From positions 13,301 to 77,300 of the forward strand of contig JAZJXT010000005.1 in the NCBI GenBank assembly GCA_040390725.1: a stretch of 64,000 bases of DNA. The letters run 5' to 3'. The first letter of the stretch is position 1; every line of letters begins with the position of its first letter. Made by a program: the position numbers and the translations under genes. The notes under the pieces are model-generated. The model was not told the origin of the DNA. It was given only the letters and a program-made list of their open reading frames with translations, and did no database searches. The DNA is from Patescibacteria group bacterium (GTDB lineage: Bacteria > Patescibacteriota > Minisyncoccia > Phycocordibacterales > UBA9973). Below, one piece after another: positions 5,949-15,237 of the stretch.

Positions 5949-7841
5949 TTACTTTGCAAACTTAATTTTCTCTTCTTTTCCTAAAATAGGTTTTTGGGGT
6001 TGGAAGACAGAATTTAATTTTATTATATTTTTCTTTACGGACATTGTGCCAGCTTTGTAAAGTTTTATTTCTAGCAACATTCCTTGCATCGTGTTTTCCG
6101 AGAATTTTTGGTCAAAGATAAAGTTGCCTAATGAGTAGGCTATATAACTATTTTTATAAACTTCAAAATCTTCCACGACATGCGGATGCGCGCCGATGAC
6201 GAGTTTGGCACCGTCGTCTACGGCTTTATGCGCTAGGTATTCTTGGCGAGTATTATGTTTTGTTTGATATTCCTCACCGAAATGAAATGACACCACTAAA
6301 CTATCCACTTGTTTCGAAGCATTTTGAATTATTTTATCAAAATTCGGATTAGTGGTGAGTAGTAGTCCAGATTCTGTATCAGTAGGAGTCAACCATTCTG
6401 GGCCTTTATCAGAGAATGCCAGATAGCCTATTTTCATACCATTTTTTTCAATTATTTTAGGAATTTCTGCGTTATTTTCATTTGCTCCGCCTCCCGAATA
6501 AAGAATTTCGTTTTCTGTTAAGTGCGAAAGTGTGTCTTCGAAAGCTTCACGACCCCAGTCGCCGATATGATTGTTTGAAATAGAAAGTACATCTATGCCA
6601 GCACCCTTGAGTGCGGGTATAGTTTCCGGATCCATTCTGAAAGAATATAAATTGTGTTTATCTTCTCCTTGGTCTGACGCTGGGCCTTCTAAATTTGCAA
6701 AGACGATATCATTTTTATTAAGTTCACCCATGTTTTGGAAAAGAGCGGAATAGTCGCCGTTGAAATTCTTGCGAACGGAACTTTTTACTCCGCGGTCGAG
6801 CATGATGTCGCCCAAGAATGCTAAATTCACATAGTCAGGTTCTGCAAATTCAGGCATGCCTTCTTTGGTTTTTACCCAATTACTTTTTGCGTCTATTTCA
6901 CCACCGTAATAAATATTTTTCTTCACAAATTTTAAAATACTTTCCACGTCTTTTTTGCGGTCTGGTGTACGGAGGAGGACAATAGCTACATTTCTTTTCC
7001 CGGACTCAGAAAGAGGCAGGGAAAAATTTGAAATCACCGTTTGCTTAGCTTCGTCGGTGTATCCGCTCTTACCGCCCAGGTATCCATCATCACTTAGGAA
7101 TTGATTGGTGCTGTACCAGAAATGTTTTTTATTGCTGTAACTTTTATTTTGAGTTATTTTTAAAACATTAGGCGCGTTATTTTTTAAATATCCGGCGAGA
7201 GAAAATAGGTCGCGTGCGGTGGATTGATTGTTCGGCGAGAGTCCGCTCGGGTCTTCAAAGGACGTCGAAGGCATTGATAATCTTTGCGCTTCTTGATTCA
7301 TTTTTTGCAGGAAAGTTTCTCTATTAAAGTGTTCGGCTATTATTTCAGCGGCATCATTTGAAGATTCCAGTAGAAGAGGGTAGAGGATATCGCTTATCTT
7401 TATTTTTTCATTTAAATGAAAAGCGCCGTTTTGTCCGTATGTGGCAAGGGCTTTTTTGGAAACAACAGCCACATCATTGTCATCAGGCAGTTCTGTGGCG
7501 GTGAGAGCCGTCATAAGTTTTGAAACAGATGCGATAGGGTATTTTTGTTCTTCTTTTTTCTTTAAAATTATTTCACCGGTGTCCAAGTCACCCACTATGT
7601 ATGCATCAGCAGAAATCTTCGGCGCTATTTTTGGATCTTTTAGAAAATAAAAACTTGTCTGCTCAGGAGTTTTTGTTTCAGATATTGGTGCCGGTTGTGT
7701 TTTCGGGACTTCATTTTGGGTATTTCCTTCTTTTGATATTTTATAATATCCGATGGCTTGCGTTATGAAAAAAGCGGAGGCTAGTCCTACGGTTAAGGAT
7801 ATAATTACAAATAGAAATTTTTTTGCTGCTCGTTTAACCAT
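5949..7841 (-). CDS. membrane-anchored fusion of a serine-type D-Ala-D-Ala carboxypeptidase domain and a CapA/PgsA-like metallophosphatase domain
   Basis: N-terminal TM helix; PBP5-type motifs SVSKLMT (SxxK), ESSND (SxN), KSGYT (KTG). C-terminal half has CapA motifs (LAFLGDIMLDR, FANLEGP, SISNNHIGDWG, VIGAHPHVV). Confidence 0.75.
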   Translation of the reverse strand: MVKRAAKKFLFVIISLTVGLASAFFITQAIGYYKISKEGNTQNEVPKTQPAPISETKTPEQTSFYFLKDPKIAPKISADAYIVGDLDTGEIILKKKEEQKYPIASVSKLMTALTATELPDDNDVAVVSKKALATYGQNGAFHLNEKIKISDILYPLLLESSNDAAEIIAEHFNRETFLQKMNQEAQRLSMPSTSFEDPSGLSPNNQSTARDLFSLAGYLKNNAPNVLKITQNKSYSNKKHFWYSTNQFLSDDGYLGGKSGYTDEAKQTVISNFSLPLSESGKRNVAIVLLRTPDRKKDVESILKFVKKNIYYGGEIDAKSNWVKTKEGMPEFAEPDYVNLAFLGDIMLDRGVKSSVRKNFNGDYSALFQNMGELNKNDIVFANLEGPASDQGEDKHNLYSFRMDPETIPALKGAGIDVLSISNNHIGDWGREAFEDTLSHLTENEILYSGGGANENNAEIPKIIEKNGMKIGYLAFSDKGPEWLTPTDTESGLLLTTNPNFDKIIQNASKQVDSLVVSFHFGEEYQTKHNTRQEYLAHKAVDDGAKLVIGAHPHVVEDFEVYKNSYIAYSLGNFIFDQKFSENTMQGMLLEIKLYKAGTMSVKKNIIKLNSVFQPQKPILGKEEKIKFAK

Positions 7842-7852
7842 TTTTGAAATGA

Positions 7853-9811
7853 CTATATTAATACATAATCTATTGTTTTCTTTTCCAGGTCGGCGCTCTT
7901 TACTTTTATTTTGACCTTGCCTCCGAGTTTATATATTTTTTTCTTTTTTTCTCCGATGAGTTCCATTTTTTTCTCATTGAAAACATAAAAATCATCCGAG
8001 AGGTCTCGCACGCGGACGAGCCCTTCGCATTTTGTTTCCAATTCTTCCACATATACGCCCCATTCTGTTATGCCACTGATTACACCTTCGAAAGTTTTGC
8101 CGATGCGTGAAGACATATATTCCACCTGTTTGTATTTGATGGATGCGCGTTCGGCATCTGATGCGCGTTTTTCTTGGTCAGAAGATTTACGGGAAAGTTT
8201 TTCATATTCTTCAAATTTATTCGGACTTATTTTTTTACCGGACAAATAATCCGCGAGTAAGCGATGCACCATGACATCCGGATAACGCCTGATAGGGGAG
8301 GTGAAGTGTGTGTAGTATTCGAATGCGAGTCCATAGTGTCCGATATTTTTTGTAGAGTAAATCGCTTTTGCCATAGAGCGTATCATGGCTCTGCTCACGG
8401 CATCCTTTTCGGCTTTACCTGTGAGATTTTTTAAAATGTTATTCATTTCATATGAAGGAATAATTCCATTTTTCAATGATACTTTTTGCCCTAAACTTCG
8501 CAGGAAAAAAGCCAAGTCCTCCATTTTTTCTTTCGATGGCTCATCATGTATTCTATACACAAATACGCCTTCTTTTTTTGTAGCTTTTGCTAGTTTTTCC
8601 GCGACTTTTCTGTTTGCTAAAAGCATAAATTCTTCGATCAATTTATTTGAATCTCCGCGTTCTTTTTTGATAACTTTTATCGGTACGCCTTTTTCATCGA
8701 GGACGAATTTTACTTCTTCTTGTTCGAGAGACATTGCGCCCTTGGCGAATCTTTCTTTTGTTAAAAGTTTCGCTAGGTTATTTAAAATTAAAAGTTCTTT
8801 ATGCAGAGGCGCCGTGGATTTTTTTATTGATTCTTCTGCGTCTTCATAGCTGAATCTTTTTTTAGAATGTATCACAGTGCGTCCAAACCACTCATTTTTT
8901 ACTTGAGCGTTTTTATCTAGTGTGAATACAGCGCTCATAGTGAGGCGGTCTTTGTTTGGCACTAAGGAACATAAATCATTTGAAAGAATTTCCGGAAGCA
9001 TCGGTATCGTGCGGTCTACGAGGTAAACAGAAGTTCCACGTTCACGTGCTTCTTCATCGAGCTCACTGCCTATTTTTACATAATGCGAGACATCGGCTAT
9101 GTGTACGCCGACTTCAACATCTCCACCAGCTAATTCTAAAAAAGAAATAGCATCATCGAAATCTTTTGCATCGCTCGGGTCAATAGTGAAAGTTAAAATT
9201 TTTCGAAAATCACGTCTGCCGACAAAATCTTTTTCTGAAATTCCTTGTTGTTTTATTTTTTCCGCTTCAGTATTTACTTTATTTGGTAGTTCCGCTGCGA
9301 AACCTTTTTCCAAAGCTATCGCATGCATTTCCACATTATTATCGCCAGGACGTCCTAAAATTTTTACGACTTTTCCTTCGGGTGCTTTGCGTGGATCTTG
9401 CCAAGAAGTTATTTCAACAAAAACTTTTTGTCCTATTTTTGCTCCATTTAGATTTTTATCATGAATTAAAATATCCGTGTACATTTTTGTGTCGTCCGGT
9501 TTCAAGAAAAACATCGAATTTTCTTTTTCTAAAACTCCCGCGAAGCCAATCTTTGCGCGAGAGATTATTTTTACAACTTCGGCTGATTGTCTGCCTTTAC
9601 CCTTTGGATGCAAAATTATCTGCACAGTGTCGCCATGCAGGGCAGTCTTTAGATGCTTATAGTCTATTTCCGGATCTTCACCATTTTTGGTCTTTGTGCC
9701 GTCAATTTTGACATACCCTGTGCCTTTTGAGGTAATAGATATAATGCCTTCCAGTGTATTATGCTTATGTTTATTTTCCTTTTTCATATTCTTAATATAG
9801 CATATTTTCAT
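7853..9811 (-). CDS. rnr: ribonuclease R
   Basis: Cold-shock/OB N-terminus, RNB catalytic domain (TIDPSDAKDFDDAISF), C-terminal S1 domain (GKTFEGVISGITEWGVYVEL). On the minus strand, TGcTATATT extended -10 lies 6 nt before ATG 9811. Confidence 0.9.
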   Translation of the reverse strand: MKICYIKNMKKENKHKHNTLEGIISITSKGTGYVKIDGTKTKNGEDPEIDYKHLKTALHGDTVQIILHPKGKGRQSAEVVKIISRAKIGFAGVLEKENSMFFLKPDDTKMYTDILIHDKNLNGAKIGQKVFVEITSWQDPRKAPEGKVVKILGRPGDNNVEMHAIALEKGFAAELPNKVNTEAEKIKQQGISEKDFVGRRDFRKILTFTIDPSDAKDFDDAISFLELAGGDVEVGVHIADVSHYVKIGSELDEEARERGTSVYLVDRTIPMLPEILSNDLCSLVPNKDRLTMSAVFTLDKNAQVKNEWFGRTVIHSKKRFSYEDAEESIKKSTAPLHKELLILNNLAKLLTKERFAKGAMSLEQEEVKFVLDEKGVPIKVIKKERGDSNKLIEEFMLLANRKVAEKLAKATKKEGVFVYRIHDEPSKEKMEDLAFFLRSLGQKVSLKNGIIPSYEMNNILKNLTGKAEKDAVSRAMIRSMAKAIYSTKNIGHYGLAFEYYTHFTSPIRRYPDVMVHRLLADYLSGKKISPNKFEEYEKLSRKSSDQEKRASDAERASIKYKQVEYMSSRIGKTFEGVISGITEWGVYVEELETKCEGLVRVRDLSDDFYVFNEKKMELIGEKKKKIYKLGGKVKIKVKSADLEKKTIDYVLI

Positions 9812-9852
9812 TATTTTGTTGCATTTTATAAATAATATGCTAAACTCATTCT

Positions 9853-10161
9853 ATGTTAAAAATAAGGTTACAGAGAATAGGCAGAAAGAACGATCCGGCT
9901 TTTCGGGCGGTTTTGACTGATTCCAAGAACAGTACAAAGAGCGGAAGATTTTTGGAGATAGTCGGTACCTACAATCCAAAGGCAGGGGAGACTAATTTTA
10001 AAGCTGAAAGAATACAATACTGGATGTCAAAAGGCGCAAAGCTTTCTGACACAATGCATAATTTCCTAGTTCACCAAAAAGTTATCGAAGGCAAGAAAGT
10101 AAATGTTTTGCCAAAAAGAAAACCTACTCTAAAAAGAAAAGAATTAAAGGCTAAGAAATAG
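9853..10161 (+). CDS. rpsP: 30S ribosomal protein S16
   Basis: MLKIRLQRIGRKNDPAFRAVLTDSKNSTKSGRFLEIVGTYNP matches the S16 N-terminus. Confidence 0.9.
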   Translation: MLKIRLQRIGRKNDPAFRAVLTDSKNSTKSGRFLEIVGTYNPKAGETNFKAERIQYWMSKGAKLSDTMHNFLVHQKVIEGKKVNVLPKRKPTLKRKELKAKK

Positions 10162-10251
10162 TTTGCAAAAAATACTTTACTCGGATATAATTCTATGAGC
10201 AGTTATTTAGTCGTACGCTGCAAACATTAAAAATAGATACGCTGAAACACT

Positions 10252-10584
10252 ATGCAAGACGCTGATAAGGTATTTCTTGAATATGTAGTAAAAGCTCTTG
10301 TTGATAATCCGAACGATGTGAAAATCGATCGTGCTGTCGATGAAATGGGCGTGCTCATTTCTCTTACTGTGAATCCTGCCGATATGGGCAAGATCATCGG
10401 AAGAATGGGTAACACTGCAAAGGCCATCCGCACTCTTCTCCGAGTTATCGGAATGAAGAATAACGCTCGCGTGAATTTAAAGATCAACGAGCCGGAAGGG
10501 TCTACAAGACCAGAGAGGCCTGCGAGCTCTATGAGTTCAACAAGAACAGTAGACCAAGCAATGGAAGATTTGAAAGGAATATAA
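10252..10584 (+). CDS. KH-domain RNA-binding protein (YlqC/UPF0109-like)
   Basis: KH GXXG loop (IIGRMGNTAKAIRTLLRV); conserved position after rpsP. Confidence 0.75.
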   Translation: MQDADKVFLEYVVKALVDNPNDVKIDRAVDEMGVLISLTVNPADMGKIIGRMGNTAKAIRTLLRVIGMKNNARVNLKINEPEGSTRPERPASSMSSTRTVDQAMEDLKGI

Positions 10585-10621
10585 AAATTAGTTGCTAGTG
10601 CCTAGGTACTAGTTTCTGGCG

Positions 10622-10650
10622 AAAAACTCGAGATGTCTCGGGTTTTTTGT
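10622..10650 (+). terminator. rho-independent terminator
   Basis: aaaaactcgagatgtctcgggtttttt. Confidence 0.6.
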
Positions 10651-10696
10651 TTGCTTTTTTTACTAGAACCTATAAACTAGAACCTATAACCTAATT

Positions 10697-11356
10697 ATGC
10701 GTTTTCATATAATCACAATTTTCCCCGAGGCATTTGATTCTTATTTAAAAGAGTCTATTGTCGGGCGGGCGATAGAGAATAAAAATATTTCTGTGAAGTT
10801 TTATAACCCGCGAGATTTTATAAAAGCTCCAAAGAATAATTATAAACCTGTTGATGATAAGCCTTACGGCGGAGGTCCGGGTATGGTGATGAGGGCAGAG
10901 CCTATCTTGCTTGCTGTCACCAAAGCACTTTCAAAAATAAAAAATAAAAAAAGTAAAATTTTAACTGTTAATTTTATTCCATCTGCAGAAAAATTTACTA
11001 CAAGTGTGGCAAAAAATATTTCAAAAAAATATACGGACGTTATTTTAATTTGTGGTAGGTATGAAGGTATAGATGCGCGAGTGGATAAAATTTTGAAGAC
11101 TAAGAAGTTTTCAATCGGGGATTATGTTTTGACCGGCGGGGAATTGCCAGCAATGGTTTTAGTAGATTGCATTTCCCGACAAATTCCCGGAGTTTTAGGT
11201 AAATATGAATCACTTGAAGAAGAAAGAATTTCGAGCAGTGAAGTTTATACGAGACCGGAAATTTTAAAATACAAAAACAAAAATTACAAAGTGCCGAAAG
11301 TTTTACTTTCTGGTAATCACAAACTCATAGATGAGTGGAAGAAAAATAATTCCTAA
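10697..11356 (+). CDS. trmD: tRNA (guanine37-N1)-methyltransferase
   Basis: MRFHIITIFPEAF, YGGGPGMVM, and the SPOUT knot region GRYEGIDARV and GDYVLTGGELPAMVLVD. Confidence 0.9.
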   Translation: MRFHIITIFPEAFDSYLKESIVGRAIENKNISVKFYNPRDFIKAPKNNYKPVDDKPYGGGPGMVMRAEPILLAVTKALSKIKNKKSKILTVNFIPSAEKFTTSVAKNISKKYTDVILICGRYEGIDARVDKILKTKKFSIGDYVLTGGELPAMVLVDCISRQIPGVLGKYESLEEERISSSEVYTRPEILKYKNKNYKVPKVLLSGNHKLIDEWKKNNS

Positions 11357-12138
11357 ACTTTTATTCCGTATTTTTTTATAACTTCTAAAATTTCATCGTG
11401 CACGAGTCCGTTTGAGGCGAGCTGTCCGGCGACTTTTTGGTCATAACGAGTATTTTGTCCAAAAAGGTCGGTGGCTTTTCCGCCGGCTTCTTCGACTATT
11501 ATTTGAATAGCTGCCGTATCGTGCGGGTCTTTGCCTCCGAATAGAATTGCCGAGAATTCTCCCGCGCCTACCAATGCGCCCATGTAATCTATCGAAAGTC
11601 CGGTCACTAAACGCACACCGCGTTCACGCAATGCTTCACCGACGGGGAAAAGATTGATAACCCCTGCAGACCATTTGCCTATGCCGATGACTGTTTTTTG
11701 AACGCTAGGGGAAGCAGAAACTTTTATTGTTTCGCCGTTTAGTGTCGCGCCTTTGCCTTTTTCTGCGAAATAAATTCTATTTAAAAATGGGTCACAAATA
11801 ACGCCGAGTATCGGAATGCCATCTTGCACTAATGCTAAAGCAAAAGCCGATGTAGGTATGCCGTGTGCGAAATTATGCGTGCCGTCCACAGGGTCGCAAA
11901 TCCAAGCGTATTCACTTTTTTGTAAGATATCTTCCGCCTCTTCGGAAAGGATGCTGTGGGTAGGGAAATGCTCGGTGATTTTTTTTACCACGATTTCGTT
12001 GATAGCTGTATCAGTCTCTGTTACCGGCGAATGGTCTTCTTTCCATTCCTTTTTCATACCCATCATAAAATTCTTGCGCATAATTTCACCCGCTTCTTTT
12101 GCCAATTCCAAAGCCACTTTTTTATATTCTGAATCCAT
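11353..12138 (-). CDS. suhB: inositol monophosphatase family protein (SuhB-like)
   Basis: IMPase motifs ETDTAINE and WICDPVDGTHNFAHGIP. Confidence 0.85.
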   Translation of the reverse strand: MDSEYKKVALELAKEAGEIMRKNFMMGMKKEWKEDHSPVTETDTAINEIVVKKITEHFPTHSILSEEAEDILQKSEYAWICDPVDGTHNFAHGIPTSAFALALVQDGIPILGVICDPFLNRIYFAEKGKGATLNGETIKVSASPSVQKTVIGIGKWSAGVINLFPVGEALRERGVRLVTGLSIDYMGALVGAGEFSAILFGGKDPHDTAAIQIIVEEAGGKATDLFGQNTRYDQKVAGQLASNGLVHDEILEVIKKYGIKV

Positions 12139-12199
12139 CTTTTTATTATAGCATTTATTTCAGTTTTTTTAAATTTTTGTTATACTTAACAGATTAAAA

Positions 12200-12964
12200 A
12201 TGAAAACAGCACTTATTTTATCGGGCGGGGGATGCGATTGCGCTTTTGGCGGAGGTTTTGCTGTTGCCCTTGGGCGTGAGCTTGGGCTAGCACCGGATGT
12301 TGTTATTGCTGGATCTGGTAGTGCAGGCACAGCAGCGTATTTTTGTGCAAGACAATTCGATGAAACTGAAAGAATATGGACAAATCATGTCGCGTCTAAG
12401 TTGTTAATTAATAAGCTGAGGTTTAATCGAATAATGAATATCGATTATTTAATTGATGTTATTTTTAAAAAATTAGAACCGCTTGATGTAGAAAAATTAA
12501 AAAAATCTAAAACGAAATGCATCATAGCTGCGACAAAGAAAAAAGACGGTTTGGTAACTTTTTTTGATGATTGGAATAAGTTTGATATTTTTGAAGTTTT
12601 GCGAGCGACAAAATCAATTCCGTATATTTGTAATCGGGGAGTAAAAGTTGGGAATGAAATTTATGAAGACTCTATACATTCTTCAGGAGTGCGTTTTTTG
12701 GAAAATGATATTGATTTGCATGTTTATGATTGTCTTATAATTATTGAGAATGGCAAAAATACTTGGGTGCAAAAATTACTAGGAGCTAAGAAGCCGTATT
12801 TTCCAAAACACCACAATATCTTATATATAAAAAATGACACAAAACTTAATTTTTCTATAATAAATAATTCTGAAAAATTCCTCAAAAAACAATTTACAAA
12901 AGGCTACAACGCGTGCATGGAAAATAAGGAAAAAATAAAAGGTTTGAATTTAAACATCATATAA
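12200..12964 (+). CDS. patatin-like phospholipase family protein (degenerate motifs)
   Basis: Glycine-rich oxyanion-hole-like N-terminus ILSGGGCDCAFGGG followed by AGSGSAGTAAY where a GxSxG nucleophile elbow is expected; the family call is tentative. Confidence 0.4.
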   Translation: MKTALILSGGGCDCAFGGGFAVALGRELGLAPDVVIAGSGSAGTAAYFCARQFDETERIWTNHVASKLLINKLRFNRIMNIDYLIDVIFKKLEPLDVEKLKKSKTKCIIAATKKKDGLVTFFDDWNKFDIFEVLRATKSIPYICNRGVKVGNEIYEDSIHSSGVRFLENDIDLHVYDCLIIIENGKNTWVQKLLGAKKPYFPKHHNILYIKNDTKLNFSIINNSEKFLKKQFTKGYNACMENKEKIKGLNLNII

Positions 12965-13067
12965 AAAAACTGCCTAAGCCTTGCTTCGGCAGAAAATGCT
13001 TGACGGTTTGGATATCCCATGATAAGTTATTTGTGGTTTTAGTTATTTGAAATAAGTATTTAATTGG

Positions 13068-13682
13068 TTGAATGAGTTTAGTTTGGTATTTCAGTACGTA
13101 TTGGAATTTCGAGCTAAATTCGTTCAATTTTTTTTACTTAAACATATTATGCAACCTATTAACTATTTTACCTCCTTTGAGGCAGCGAAAAAAGATTTTT
13201 TGGAATCTGAAAATGATTTCATAAAAAAAATATTAGCAATTCAAAAACTCACTAGGCTTGCCTGTGAAATCAACGAAAATGGCTATGACATTGCTCTTTG
13301 TAAGCTTTTTAAAAAAGAAGCGGAAAACGAAAATCAACCCGTTGTTTTCCAGGAATTGTTCAGCAGTCTGACTGGCTCAGTTGGCCGTAATATTCAAGGG
13401 TTACAGATTTTAGCCTTATGTTATAGGGAAATTGGGATCACGATTGATTCTTTCGCAGATTTGTTACTTATTCTCAGTGCTAAAAAGAGTTCTGGAGAGG
13501 ATATCCAGAGAGTATTAAGCCCCTTAGAGCAAGATCCTTTCTTTAGGGGTTTGATTGAAAATGTTAATCAAGCTCTGAGGGTAGTAAGCGCACCATTTTT
13601 ACCAATAGTGTGTGTTACTAAGTCTTTTGCATGGGATTCTTATTTGGCAAAAGAGGAAAGAACTGTAGTTGGCATGAACTAA
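13068..13682 (+). CDS. hypothetical protein (probable true start at Met 13149)
   Basis: No recognisable family; moderately GC-enriched; followed by a palindromic hairpin terminator (cggaatattccg plus T-run, 13703-13732). Confidence 0.5.
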   Translation: MNEFSLVFQYVLEFRAKFVQFFLLKHIMQPINYFTSFEAAKKDFLESENDFIKKILAIQKLTRLACEINENGYDIALCKLFKKEAENENQPVVFQELFSSLTGSVGRNIQGLQILALCYREIGITIDSFADLLLILSAKKSSGEDIQRVLSPLEQDPFFRGLIENVNQALRVVSAPFLPIVCVTKSFAWDSYLAKEERTVVGMN

Positions 13683-13750
13683 TAAAAAATGTATTTTAAA
13701 AACACCTCGGAATATTCCGGGGTTATTTTTTTATTTCCTTTTCAAGATTT

Positions 13751-13771
13751 GCGTTAGGCAAGACCTAACGC
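13751..13771 (+). promoter_or_regulatory. perfect palindrome gcgttaggcaagacctaacgc upstream of the toxin-antitoxin promoter (putative operator)
   Basis: 8-bp arms gcgttagg/cctaacgc with a 5-nt centre, ~30 nt upstream of a TATACT -10 (13801-13806) that ends 6 nt before ATG 13813. Confidence 0.5.
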
Positions 13772-13812
13772 AGAAAATTTGCTCACTTTCTTAAACGTGA
13801 TATACTTTCATT

Positions 13813-14001
13813 ATGAATACTTTAGTAATGAAAAAAGTCAATAATCAAATCAAAGCTCTTGTTTCAAGCGCAGTTTTTGATGTTTTCAATGATCCCGATT
13901 TTGGTCTTGCATTGAGCACTAAAGCAAAAAATAGATTATCTAATTCTTCTAAAAATAATAAAACTCTCTCACTTAGTCAGCTTAAGAAAAAATACTTATA
14001 A
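13813..14001 (+). CDS. putative antitoxin (62 aa) of a RelE/ParE-type TA pair
   Basis: Small ORF; its stop is 1 nt from the toxin start, the typical TA operon layout. No confident fold assignment. Confidence 0.55.
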   Translation: MNTLVMKKVNNQIKALVSSAVFDVFNDPDFGLALSTKAKNRLSNSSKNNKTLSLSQLKKKYL

Positions 14002-14002
14002 A

Positions 14003-14272
14003 ATGTCCGAATGGACTGTTGAATTTACAGAGGAAGCAGACAAGGATATTTCTATGTTGGATAAATCTATTCGCAGGCGTATTTTAGAAAAGCTTGATTG
14101 GCTTGAGAAAAATTTCAGCGGAGTTTTACCTACGGTTCTCACTGCTGACTTTCGTGATTATTTTAAGTTGCGAGTAGGGGATTGGCGTGTTTTCTATCAA
14201 GTGGATTGGTATAGAAATATAATTACTGTTAAATATATAGATCACAGAAGTAAGGCTTATAAGAAAAAATAA
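14003..14272 (+). CDS. type II toxin-antitoxin system RelE/ParE family toxin
   Basis: KLRVGDWRVFYQVDWYRNIITVKYIDHRSKAY matches the RelE/ParE core (LRVGDYRIIY...IxHRKDxY). Confidence 0.85.
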   Translation: MSEWTVEFTEEADKDISMLDKSIRRRILEKLDWLEKNFSGVLPTVLTADFRDYFKLRVGDWRVFYQVDWYRNIITVKYIDHRSKAYKKK

Positions 14273-14328
14273 AAATTTCCTTACGTTGTTAATTTGTTTA
14301 AATTTCTATTTTTTAGTATATTTACTAT

Positions 14329-15036
14329 ATGACATTCCCAAATCCAAATTTAAACCCTGCTTCTTCGGGAGACAATAAAAATTTTGAGAATATTAAGCTC
14401 ACGCCGGAGTATTTTGCCGAACTTTTATATTGGTCGTTTCATCTTTCACAGAACAATGTTCCCTTACAACATAATTATTTTAAGTATCTTCATATTGTTC
14501 ATCCTGACTGGAGAGCTTCAGATGAATTAGCGAATGTTGGTAAAGAAAAATTAAAAGAGAAATTGGGGGATTTTCCTCATTCTCATAAAAATCACACTAA
14601 AGATTCAGGAGATGCTTTTAAAAGAGCAGTTGATTTAGAAATTCATAGACAGCCCTTACATTTAAGAGATAATTTAAATGGAGAAATTCTAAAGTTAGAA
14701 TTTTCTAAAAAACCGCGAGGTAATTCACTTGAAAGTTTATTAATAGAGTCTGCCGAAATGATTATTGACCAAGATTCCCTTTATATAATAAAAGGAAGGC
14801 CGAACAGAGAAGGCAAGCCGTATGAGAGTCAGTTTTGTAATTATGTTTTACTCGGTAAAAAAACGGCTATACCTGAATACGATGATATGTTTTTGAAAAT
14901 GAAAGATCCTTTTATATTAAAAATGTTGGTTGCAGAAAAGACTGCTTTGGTTCGCGATGTAATAATTGCTCACAATAAAGATCATCCAGATAAGCGTGTA
15001 AAGATAGAAGGTTTAAAGTTAGATATAGAAATTTGA
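14329..15036 (+). CDS. hypothetical protein (235 aa)
   Basis: Intact ORF with no recognisable family. Confidence 0.5.
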   Translation: MTFPNPNLNPASSGDNKNFENIKLTPEYFAELLYWSFHLSQNNVPLQHNYFKYLHIVHPDWRASDELANVGKEKLKEKLGDFPHSHKNHTKDSGDAFKRAVDLEIHRQPLHLRDNLNGEILKLEFSKKPRGNSLESLLIESAEMIIDQDSLYIIKGRPNREGKPYESQFCNYVLLGKKTAIPEYDDMFLKMKDPFILKMLVAEKTALVRDVIIAHNKDHPDKRVKIEGLKLDIEI

Positions 15037-15237
15037 CTTTTTTCCAGAAAGGAGTATACTTGATTTATTGGTAGATTGAGTTTCGGATGTACTCCAATAT
15101 TGTATTTATTATTAGGTTTTTAATAGTATTAATATCGTCCGAATTACATATAGTTTAAAAGATTAAAAAAAGCTTTTTAGCTTTTCTTTTGCTTTTTTTG
15201 CTCTAATTTCACTATTGTTTTTTGGCATTTTATAAAA

